40,922 nucleotides of DNA, taken from an uncultured Mycoplasmatota bacterium (GTDB lineage: Bacteria > Bacillota_I > Bacilli_A > RF39 > UBA660). The DNA lies in the NCBI GenBank assembly GCA_948469065.1, contig CAOKKL010000002.1, forward strand, positions 1 to 40,922, given 5' to 3'. The notes beneath the pieces are model-generated. The model worked only from the letters and a program-made list of their open reading frames with translations, made no database searches and was not told where the DNA came from. Below, in pieces: positions 26,080 to 32,894 of this stretch. How positions within the stretch are numbered: the first letter of the stretch is position 1; each line of letters begins with the position of its first letter. The position numbers and the translations under genes were made by a program.

Positions 26080-27583
26080 TATATATAGAAAAATAGAAAC
26101 AAAATATTTACAGGTATATCACAATTGGAGACTCTATATTGTAAAGGTTATTATATTGTTCTTAACAATATTTCTTTTACTAATATTTAATTTAAATTTG
26201 AATAACATACCTTATTTTAATAAAATCAATTTAAACTTTCCATTAATAGATAATCTAATAAAAAAGAAAATAAACTTATTTTATGTTGTTATTTATATAC
26301 TATCAACGATTCCGATTATTGTGATATGTAAATCATTTTTTAAATCAATAAAATATGAAAATAAAGATGAACAATTAGCAAAAGCATTAATGCCTAATGC
26401 TAGTGAAGAAAAAAGAGAAGAATTATCTTCTAAAACAATTGTAATGTATCCTAATCCTTATAATAAAGATAATGAATATTGGATGCTTTATAAAAATTGT
26501 GTTCCTTATAATGTTATTTTTGATAAAAAGGAACTAATACAAAATTTTTTAGATGGTCAATATGTAAAAGGAACTAAAAATTATGGTTCTAACAAAGCAT
26601 TAATTAATTTGAGCAAAACAGATCCATCCGATCCTAAACCAATTAATTGGGATGATAAATTTCTTATTTCTTATAAAGGTGGTAGTCCAAAATTTAATCT
26701 TGGAATTACCAATTTTGATGAACCATACTATTGGGACACGAAAAAATTAATACACGAAAAACTTGGTGGAACCACAGGTGCTGGGAAAACAATAGTTCAA
26801 AAATCAATTTGCTACCAAGCACTTATGCAAAATTGTGAGCTTTTTATATATGATGGGAAACAGATCGATTATACAGGAATATGGAAAAGATTAAAAAATT
26901 GCACGATTGTTAATAGTATGAAAGGATTTCAAAATATGGTTAAAATGGTATATGAAATTCATTTGATGAGAAATAAAGAGTTTAAATTTCCATTTTATAA
27001 TATAGATAATTTTAATAGATTTAAAAAACCAATTCAACCAAGAAAGCATATTTTTCTTGTTATAGAAGAAGCTGCTGATATATTTGATATTGATGTTAAA
27101 ACCTTATCAAAAGAGGAAAAAAGTGAGTATTTAAATTGTATAGAAATTTTAAAAGAAATAGCTCGTAAAGGACGTGCAACAGGATGTCATCTGTGCGTAA
27201 ATAGTCAACGTCTTTCAGCTGATATTATACCACCTCAAATAAATTCATGCCTCAAATTCAAATTTTGTGGCTTTGCTGATAATATTTTATCTAATATTAT
27301 GGTAGAAAATACCGACGCACACGATTTATTAAAAGATGGTGTTGCTGGTATGTTTGTAGATGGAAACCATAATGTCATACAAACCTATTATATAGATAGT
27401 GAAATAGAACAAGCTATTTTAAAACCATTTGAAATTACAAGAAAAACAATGTCTGATATTCATGCAAGATATGATATTGGAGAAGAAGAACTTGAAATTG
27501 ACGGAGATAAATTTGTAAAAGATTATGTAGAAGATAAAGAAGCAATAGATCCTAATTATTTTAAAGTTAGGAAAGATAATTAG
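26033..27583 (+). CDS. membrane-anchored FtsK/SpoIIIE-family DNA translocase (TraB/TcpA/coupling-protein-like)
   Basis: 516 aa. GGAGGG RBS. Two N-terminal TM helices. Walker A GGTTGAGKT, Walker B FLVIEEAADIF, and the FtsK motif GRATGCHLCVNSQRLSADIIPPQI. Confidence 0.85.
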   Translation: MNEPKKIKKKKIRLSDIYRKIETKYLQVYHNWRLYIVKVIILFLTIFLLLIFNLNLNNIPYFNKINLNFPLIDNLIKKKINLFYVVIYILSTIPIIVICKSFFKSIKYENKDEQLAKALMPNASEEKREELSSKTIVMYPNPYNKDNEYWMLYKNCVPYNVIFDKKELIQNFLDGQYVKGTKNYGSNKALINLSKTDPSDPKPINWDDKFLISYKGGSPKFNLGITNFDEPYYWDTKKLIHEKLGGTTGAGKTIVQKSICYQALMQNCELFIYDGKQIDYTGIWKRLKNCTIVNSMKGFQNMVKMVYEIHLMRNKEFKFPFYNIDNFNRFKKPIQPRKHIFLVIEEAADIFDIDVKTLSKEEKSEYLNCIEILKEIARKGRATGCHLCVNSQRLSADIIPPQINSCLKFKFCGFADNILSNIMVENTDAHDLLKDGVAGMFVDGNHNVIQTYYIDSEIEQAILKPFEITRKTMSDIHARYDIGEEELEIDGDKFVKDYVEDKEAIDPNYFKVRKDN

Positions 27584-27629
27584 AATTTACCTTAATAAAA
27601 TTCATATATTTTATTGAGGGGGTGTTTGC

Positions 27630-27827
27630 TTGAAAGTCTACGTCAATTTACCACAAACACCTGAGGAAAGGAAAGAATTAGCAAATGGCGTAGCCAGATT
27701 CCATGCTACACTTATGCTAGAAAAAATTAAAAAATTAAATATCAATGATTCTTCTAAAGAAAAAGTTTTAAATTTAGTTTTAGATCATTTTAAAGAAGAA
27801 TCAAAAAAAGAATGTATAAGTGATTAG
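27630..27827 (+). CDS. small hypothetical protein (65 aa)
   Basis: TTG start behind a GAGGGGG RBS. Predicted helical. No recognised motif. Confidence 0.5.
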   Translation: MKVYVNLPQTPEERKELANGVARFHATLMLEKIKKLNINDSSKEKVLNLVLDHFKEESKKECISD

Positions 27828-28090
27828 CTCATACATTTTTTTAGTTTATTATATTTTTCACGTGAAATATGACAATTCCCATTTTCCCATCTACGAACAG
27901 AAGTATCTGAAACTTGGAGCATATCTGCAAATCTTACTAAAGACAGATTCATCTGTTTCCTTATGGATTTAATTTTTTCACAAGGATCATTTAAAAGAAA
28001 ATTTATATAATCATCATTAATTATCAGTTTATCTTCGATTTCAAGTTCTTTGATAACAGATTCTAATAATTTTATATCTACTAGCTTCAT
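27824..28090 (-). CDS. XRE-family HTH protein; its frame stays open upstream to 28243 and encodes a second HTH without a start codon
   Basis: The 88-aa ORF carries the HTH MNLSLVRFADMLQVSDTSVRRWENG. The 51 in-frame codons upstream read NTRRKLKPINEFSTIGEQIKYYRVLQDIKQEDLCKKLGVTRGALFHIENRD, with no ATG/GTG/TTG/CTG. Confidence 0.6.
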   Translation of the reverse strand: MKLVDIKLLESVIKELEIEDKLIINDDYINFLLNDPCEKIKSIRKQMNLSLVRFADMLQVSDTSVRRWENGNCHISREKYNKLKKCMS

Positions 28091-28330
28091 ATCTCTATTT
28101 TCTATATGAAATAATGCTCCTCGTGTAACTCCTAGCTTCTTGCATAAATCTTCTTGTTTTATATCTTGTAATACACGATAATACTTTATTTGTTCTCCAA
28201 TCGTGCTAAACTCATTAATTGGCTTTAGTTTTCTTCTAGTGTTTTAATGGTTATTTCTGTTTGGATGGTATCTCTTAATCTGTAAAAAAGATCACTAATT
28301 CCTACACAACTTTCCAATAGGTGTATATTG

Positions 28331-28335
28331 CATTT
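28331..28335. repeat. att core copy (CATTT plus strand / AAATG minus strand) at the sigK 5'-segment junction
   Basis: Identical to 16736..16740 and in the same codon phase of sigK. Confidence 0.8.
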
Positions 28336-28652
28336 TCAATACATCTTGCTACATAAGTTGTAATTCTTGTGGCTTTTTCTTTATTATAAGAGTCGATTCC
28401 TTTAATGAGACCAATGGTACCAATACTAATTAAATCATCGGTATCTGTATCTTTTGTTTCAAATTTTTTAACGATGTGTGCTACTAATCTTAAATTATGT
28501 TCAATCAATTTATTTCGTGCTGTTTGGTTTCCTGCTAACATTTCATTAATACATTTTTCCTCTTCTTCTAAACTAAGTGGATCTGGAAAAACTTGATTTG
28601 AATAAGATCCCGTAAAGAAAAAAAGACTTTTGATTAATTGAATTAAAAACAT
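28331..28652 (-). CDS. sigK: sigK 5' segment (spoIVCB-equivalent): pro-sequence and sigma region 2
   Basis: MFLIQLIKSLFFFTGSYSNQVFPDPLS (hydrophobic pro-sequence) followed by ARNKLIEHNLRLVAHIVKKFE...DLISIGTIGLIKGIDSY...TYVARCIEN. After the core, the ORF runs into 9 unrelated codons (AIYTYWKVV) and a TAG. Confidence 0.9.
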
Positions 28653-28695
28653 ATTACACTCCCTATTAAAAGTTATGTAATAGTATTTAAAAAAT

Positions 28696-29841
28696 TCATT
28701 GAATTTCTTTTCTTAATTTTCTAGATGGAATGACGATTCGTTTTTCACCGAAATAATAGGTGGCATTTTCTAAATGATTTTCATCAAAATAAGAGTCCCC
28801 TGAAAAAATGCTTGGTGATATGCCATTGTTCTTTTCTGTAGAACAAAGAAACAATTCAGTAAATTCATCTGTTTTTCCAATGAATACGCCTGAATTTTCG
28901 CTTTTTGGAATATTAGTTTTTTTTACACTGCAATTTTGAAATCTTGTATAGCCTGGAACAGTAATATATTTGGTATTGGGTACTCTTTTTTCTCCTAATA
29001 TAGCTCCTATATTTTCTTTTTCAGAATTTGGAAAAGTTAGATTGGAAATATGGATGTTTTCACATAAAAAATTGGCATAACTTGAGATCGACGAAATTAA
29101 TCCAATGGAAGTATCGTCATTATTTTCTAATTCTACCTGATCTATATTATATCCGTTTCCAAATAAGAAAAGGGTTCCATAAAAACCATCCAAACAAACG
29201 GGGTTTATTTTGGTTCGTACAATATTTTTTGTTAAGAAGGCAACAACCTTATGTTTGGGATATTTTGAAATAAGATTTAAGTCGTGAAAATGGTGAATGG
29301 GTAGTATCTGGTCTACTTCAACCAAGGAAGCATTTTTAAAAACAACTCCTTGACGAATCCATGAAGATATCACTTTTCTTTTTCCATAAATTTTATGATA
29401 ATTTCCATCTATAATAGCACCTTGGTAAAATGGAGAACATTTTCTTATTAAAATAAAATCATTTTTTAATTTTAATTTTGTTTTAGGTAGTAATACTTTT
29501 GGCAATTGATCAAAATCTTGATCCTTAGATAGAAAAAAAGTATCATCTTGAACTTGATAAGAAATTTCATAATTATTTTGAAAAATGGAAATAGAGCTAG
29601 CATTTATATTCGAAAAAAGAAAATTATTTCCAGTGGTACTTTTTGCAACTACTTGAAATTTATAAAATCGTTTTGGATTCACAAACACTACATATATCAT
29701 GCCTTGAAATTTATTTAAATCAATTGCTGAAATCGTAATATTAGAAACAATGTCATAAATTTTAATCATAACTTTCTCTTTTTTTTCAATTGTTTTTAAT
29801 TTATCAAAATCTTGCGCTGTTTTTATTTCAATTATTCTCAT
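28696..29841 (-). CDS. hypothetical protein
   Basis: 381 aa. AGAGGGA RBS. No signal peptide and no motif I recognise. Immediately upstream of sigK on the same strand. Confidence 0.6.
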   Translation of the reverse strand: MRIIEIKTAQDFDKLKTIEKKEKVMIKIYDIVSNITISAIDLNKFQGMIYVVFVNPKRFYKFQVVAKSTTGNNFLFSNINASSISIFQNNYEISYQVQDDTFFLSKDQDFDQLPKVLLPKTKLKLKNDFILIRKCSPFYQGAIIDGNYHKIYGKRKVISSWIRQGVVFKNASLVEVDQILPIHHFHDLNLISKYPKHKVVAFLTKNIVRTKINPVCLDGFYGTLFLFGNGYNIDQVELENNDDTSIGLISSISSYANFLCENIHISNLTFPNSEKENIGAILGEKRVPNTKYITVPGYTRFQNCSVKKTNIPKSENSGVFIGKTDEFTELFLCSTEKNNGISPSIFSGDSYFDENHLENATYYFGEKRIVIPSRKLRKEIQ

Positions 29842-29906
29842 TTTAATCCCTCTTTATAACACTATATCAAAGAAAAAGCAAAAAAAGGAAAAAAAATAAC
29901 ATTACA

Positions 29907-30680
29907 CTATTTTTTTGATAAATTTTTCTTAATTAAAATACCAAGAATAGAAAAAGAACTGAAAGCTAATAAAAAATAAAGAGAAAGATTTACTGTTGAT
30001 GTTTGAACATTATTTGGTGTATCATTAAATGCAATAAGAAAAGGAGAAAGTTCAGTAACAGAAATATCAATTTTTCCATTTTCTACTTTTTTTATAAATT
30101 CTTCTTCCATACCGTCTTTTTTTCTATGTAAGACATAAGCATTCATTCCATTGTATTGTTCTTGAAAACTAAATGTGATTGTCATGCCATTTTCTATATT
30201 TCCGCTTTCAAGTTGAATTTCGTAGCCTCCAAAAAGATGAAAATATCCTTTTAATTTTGCTTTTTCAAACATACTTTGATAGATAGGACTATTTTTTTCT
30301 AATTGTGAAGCATTTAATTTTACATTTAAATGATTAGAAATAGAAATATGATCCATTACTTTCGTCATATTTTCTTTCTTTAGTATAACTCTGGCAAAAC
30401 ATTCTTCTTCTGTATTACATAATTCTCCACCAAGTAAAATTTTATAAAAAGTCCCATTGTTTTGGATTTTTTTATCAAATGCCGAAAAGGAATTGTCAGA
30501 TAATTTTATAACATTTAATATGGAGTATTGATCCCAAATTTCTTTTATTTTTGGCAAAGCATATTGGATATAAGCTTCGTCTGTATCTATCAAGTAATCT
30601 GATATGATGATAGTATGAAATGTAAAATCATAACCTTCCACAATATCATAGATTACTCCATTTTTAGCAATTGCGACCAT
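29907..30680 (-). CDS. hypothetical protein with a C-terminal TM anchor; possibly the 3' part of a disrupted larger gene
   Basis: 257 aa. C-terminal hydrophobic helix LSLYFLLAFSSFSILGILI followed by KKNLSKK. It is in the same frame as ORF 30795..31061, separated by one TAG plus 38 sense codons. Confidence 0.55.
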   Translation of the reverse strand: MVAIAKNGVIYDIVEGYDFTFHTIIISDYLIDTDEAYIQYALPKIKEIWDQYSILNVIKLSDNSFSAFDKKIQNNGTFYKILLGGELCNTEEECFARVILKKENMTKVMDHISISNHLNVKLNASQLEKNSPIYQSMFEKAKLKGYFHLFGGYEIQLESGNIENGMTITFSFQEQYNGMNAYVLHRKKDGMEEEFIKKVENGKIDISVTELSPFLIAFNDTPNNVQTSTVNLSLYFLLAFSSFSILGILIKKNLSKK

Positions 30681-30794
30681 TATTCCTTGAGCCGTATAAT
30701 CGCCATCTCCTCCACCAGAAAAGCTAGAGAAATATAATGTTAAAGAATTGTCATTGAGATTTTGTTTTACGAATTCTTTGTATTGGTTGATAGA

Positions 30795-31061
30795 CTATTC
30801 ATAATCTAAATTAAAATCTGAACTAATTTTAATAAAATCAAAATTTTGAATTGCTTTTTTTACATATTCTTCTTCGTTTTTATCAAATAGATTCTGATTG
30901 GCATAAACAATTGAAATCTCTTTTCGAAATTGAACTGTTTTTTCGATATCCTTTTCTTGACAATCTTCTTCACTAATGCAATGATAAAAATCTGGTGCTT
31001 TTCTTTCATATACTGTAACTACAAACGTATGTAAATATTTAATATTAATCTCATAATACAT
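30795..31061 (-). CDS. hypothetical 88-aa ORF; possibly the middle part of a disrupted larger gene
   Basis: The same frame stays open for 106 codons upstream (to 31379) without any start codon. It ends at a TAG that is in frame with 29907..30680. Confidence 0.4.
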   Translation of the reverse strand: MYYEINIKYLHTFVVTVYERKAPDFYHCISEEDCQEKDIEKTVQFRKEISIVYANQNLFDKNEEEYVKKAIQNFDFIKISSDFNLDYE

Positions 31062-31396
31062 TTTGATACCATTTACGATAAAATTTTCTTGCTCATAAAT
31101 ATAATTGTTATTTGTTATCGTTTCTTTAACAAATTCAACATGTGTTCTTAAAGTATTATCAATGATTTCATTACTTTTCTCATAGAGAATACTATCATAA
31201 GGAATATCTTCTTGTTGAAAAAGATCCGTATCTTTTAGATTTAAATTAATCTGTGTGGGAAGAAGTTGTTTTATTTCTTCAATAGAAACAATCGATTTTT
31301 GAACAATTACTACTTGTGGCTCTTTTTTTAATTCATTTGTTATAGCGCTTACATGTTTTAAACTAAAAAAGATAAAGGATTATCGTTATGTTATAA

Positions 31397-31425
31397 AAGT
31401 AAAAAGAAGATTTAATAATCTTCTT
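31397..31425 (-). terminator. intrinsic terminator overlapping the end of divIVA
   Basis: Minus strand AAGAAGAT-TATTAA-ATCTTCTT (8-bp stem; the loop contains the divIVA stop) followed by TTTACTTTTAT. Confidence 0.6.
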
Positions 31426-31837
31426 CTATTCCATCTATATTTTCAAGTTCTAATTCAATTGATTGGCGTATTTTTCGTTTAAAATTAATAATTCTTCGTT
31501 GCAAGCTTTCAGCTTCTTCTTCTAATTTTGTTGCTCGCATTAATGCTTCATTTACTATTCTTGAAGCATTTCTTTTGGCATCGTCGATAATTCCTTTTGA
31601 TTCTTCTCTAGCCATTTTCTTAATTTGACTAGAGGCATCTTCTGCCACCATTAACGCATGATTTAATGTATGTTCCATATTTTGATAATTAATTAATTTT
31701 TGTTTTAAAATTTCAATCTCATGGTCTCGTTTTTTCAAGGTATTCAGCATGCTTTCATATTCTTTTGTAACATCTTTTACAAATTCATTTACTTCACCTT
31801 TATTATAACCATTGATACTTGTTCCAAATTTTTTCAT
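31412..31837 (-). CDS. divIVA: DivIVA-domain cell-division protein
   Basis: 141 aa. N-terminal FGTSINGYNKGEVNEFVKDV (DivIVA lipid-binding-domain pattern) followed by a coiled coil. Confidence 0.85.
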   Translation of the reverse strand: MKKFGTSINGYNKGEVNEFVKDVTKEYESMLNTLKKRDHEIEILKQKLINYQNMEHTLNHALMVAEDASSQIKKMAREESKGIIDDAKRNASRIVNEALMRATKLEEEAESLQRRIINFKRKIRQSIELELENIDGIEEDY

Positions 31838-31866
31838 GCTTCACCTCACAAACAATTCGTGAATTT

Positions 31867-32274
31867 TTACCACTCGATTTCGTCATCAACCTCTTTTGGT
31901 TTTTCCACTTCATCGCTGATTTTTCCTTGAATATTTACATTTTTTGGAGTACACAAATAAATTCCTACCCCTATTTTTTGCATTTTTCCACCAATGGAAT
32001 ATATACATCCAGATAAAAAGTCAATAATTCTTTTTGCTTGATCACTGGTTACTCTTTTTAAATTAACTACTACACTATTTCTATTTTTTAAATGATCCGC
32101 AATTTGTTGTGATTCCGAATAAGCTCTTGGCTCTAATAATATCATTTTATTTCCAGTCTTATCGGCTTCTTGTAAGGCTTCTTCTTCACTAACAGAATAA
32201 TATTCATCTTCTGTTCCCATTAAAGTATCTTCTTCATCATCTGCAAAAATTTTTTTTAGTTTACTTAAACCCAT
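31867..32274 (-). CDS. sepF: cell division protein SepF
   Basis: 135 aa. ILLEPRAYSESQQIADHLKNRNSVVVNLKRVTSDQAKRIIDFLSGCIYSIGGKMQKIG matches the conserved SepF core. Confidence 0.88.
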   Translation of the reverse strand: MGLSKLKKIFADDEEDTLMGTEDEYYSVSEEEALQEADKTGNKMILLEPRAYSESQQIADHLKNRNSVVVNLKRVTSDQAKRIIDFLSGCIYSIGGKMQKIGVGIYLCTPKNVNIQGKISDEVEKPKEVDDEIEW

Positions 32275-32302
32275 GTCACTAGCCTCCTATAATCTAATAC
32301 TC

Positions 32303-32331
32303 ATTTTAACAGATAATGCTTTCTTTTTCAA
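32303..32331 (-). promoter_or_regulatory. sigmaA-type promoter for sepF-divIVA
   Basis: TTGAAA (32331..32326), 17 nt of spacer, TAAAAT (32308..32303). A TAGGAGG RBS precedes the sepF ATG. Confidence 0.5.
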
Positions 32332-32356
32332 TTATTAAATGATGAAAAAAATGAAA

Positions 32357-32385
32357 AAAAGTGATAGAAAATTCAAATCACTTTT
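32357..32385 (-). terminator. intrinsic terminator at the end of the CYTH gene
   Basis: Minus strand AAAAGTGAT-(11 nt)-ATCACTTTT followed by a T-rich tract. The 5' arm overlaps the last codons. Confidence 0.55.
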
Positions 32386-32854
32386 CTTGAAATGTTAAAA
32401 TTGGATATTGATCGATTAAAATTCCATAAAATTCACGATATATACTTTTTACATCAAGCGTAGTTTTCTTTTGTTCATCGTAATCAATTTTATTTAAAAA
32501 TTTTTCAACTGCTTCTACATTTGGACCTTCTATTTCAACATATGTAGGAATCAAGGGCCAAGTATCAATTGCAATTTCAACATCCTCGTACAGATAACAA
32601 ATTCTTTTATTTTCTTGAACAGCATTTGCATGAAATCCCAATTCTTCTAGTATTTTGGCTGTTTTTTCATAATCCGATACTTCAATTTCTAATTCCTGAA
32701 CACCATTTATTTTTGTGTTATCAATAATTTCTTTTATTGTTAAAGTAGTTTTTTCACCATTGGTTCGTAATCGAATCCACTTTTTTGGATTAATTGGATG
32801 AAAATCATAAACTTGTCGTTTTTGTTCCCAATTGCCTACTTTCGTTGCTCCCAT
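32378..32854 (-). CDS. CYTH-domain protein (triphosphate tunnel metalloenzyme / CyaB-like); N-terminus displaced into another frame
   Basis: 158-aa ORF with a CYTH-like body (WIRLRTNGEKTTLTIKE...QELEIEVSD...AIDTWPLIPTYVEIEG). The signature EXEXK start (MIENEVKILEID) is encoded from ATG 32898 in the +1 register and stops at 32838..32836. Confidence 0.7.
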   Translation of the reverse strand: MGATKVGNWEQKRQVYDFHPINPKKWIRLRTNGEKTTLTIKEIIDNTKINGVQELEIEVSDYEKTAKILEELGFHANAVQENKRICYLYEDVEIAIDTWPLIPTYVEIEGPNVEAVEKFLNKIDYDEQKKTTLDVKSIYREFYGILIDQYPILTFQEK

Positions 32855-32894
32855 TTTTTCGTATCAATTTCTAAAATTTTCACTTCATTTTCTA

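Larger units (their letters stand above)
16736..28335 (-). mobile_element. skin-like sigK intervening element (~11.6 kb) with an IME/plasmid-like backbone
   Basis: Bounded by identical 5-bp cores. A serine recombinase gene sits at one end. Removing it restores the sigK reading frame exactly. It contains a Rep, an FtsK-like translocase, XRE regulators and an envelope-protein operon. Confidence 0.85.

Noticed and set aside
27594-27615. AATAAAAT-TCATAT-ATTTTATT hairpin between the FtsK-like gene and the 65-aa ORF.
   Set aside because: The stem is A/T only, no T-run follows, and it abuts the next RBS. Palindromes like this arise easily in DNA this AT-rich, so it is not reported as a terminator or origin.
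16736-28335. The intervening element could be interpreted as a defective prophage, like B. subtilis skin.
   Set aside because: No terminase, portal, capsid, tail, holin or endolysin-like ORFs are present. The maintenance genes are Rep plus FtsK-type.
28670-28677. CATAACTT upstream of the sigK 5' segment could be a sigmaE-type -10 element.
   Set aside because: It has two mismatches to CATACAnT. It lies only about 6 nt from the AGGGAG RBS, so the transcript would start inside or after the RBS. The real promoter is probably further upstream, inside or before 28696..29841.
32851-32860. Programmed -1 ribosomal frameshifting could join the two CYTH frames.
   Set aside because: In the upstream frame the site reads acG AAA AAA Tgg, which is not a canonical X XXY YYZ heptamer, and I see no obvious downstream structure. 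A homopolymer length error or mutation is more parsimonious. It is kept only as an alternative in the finding.
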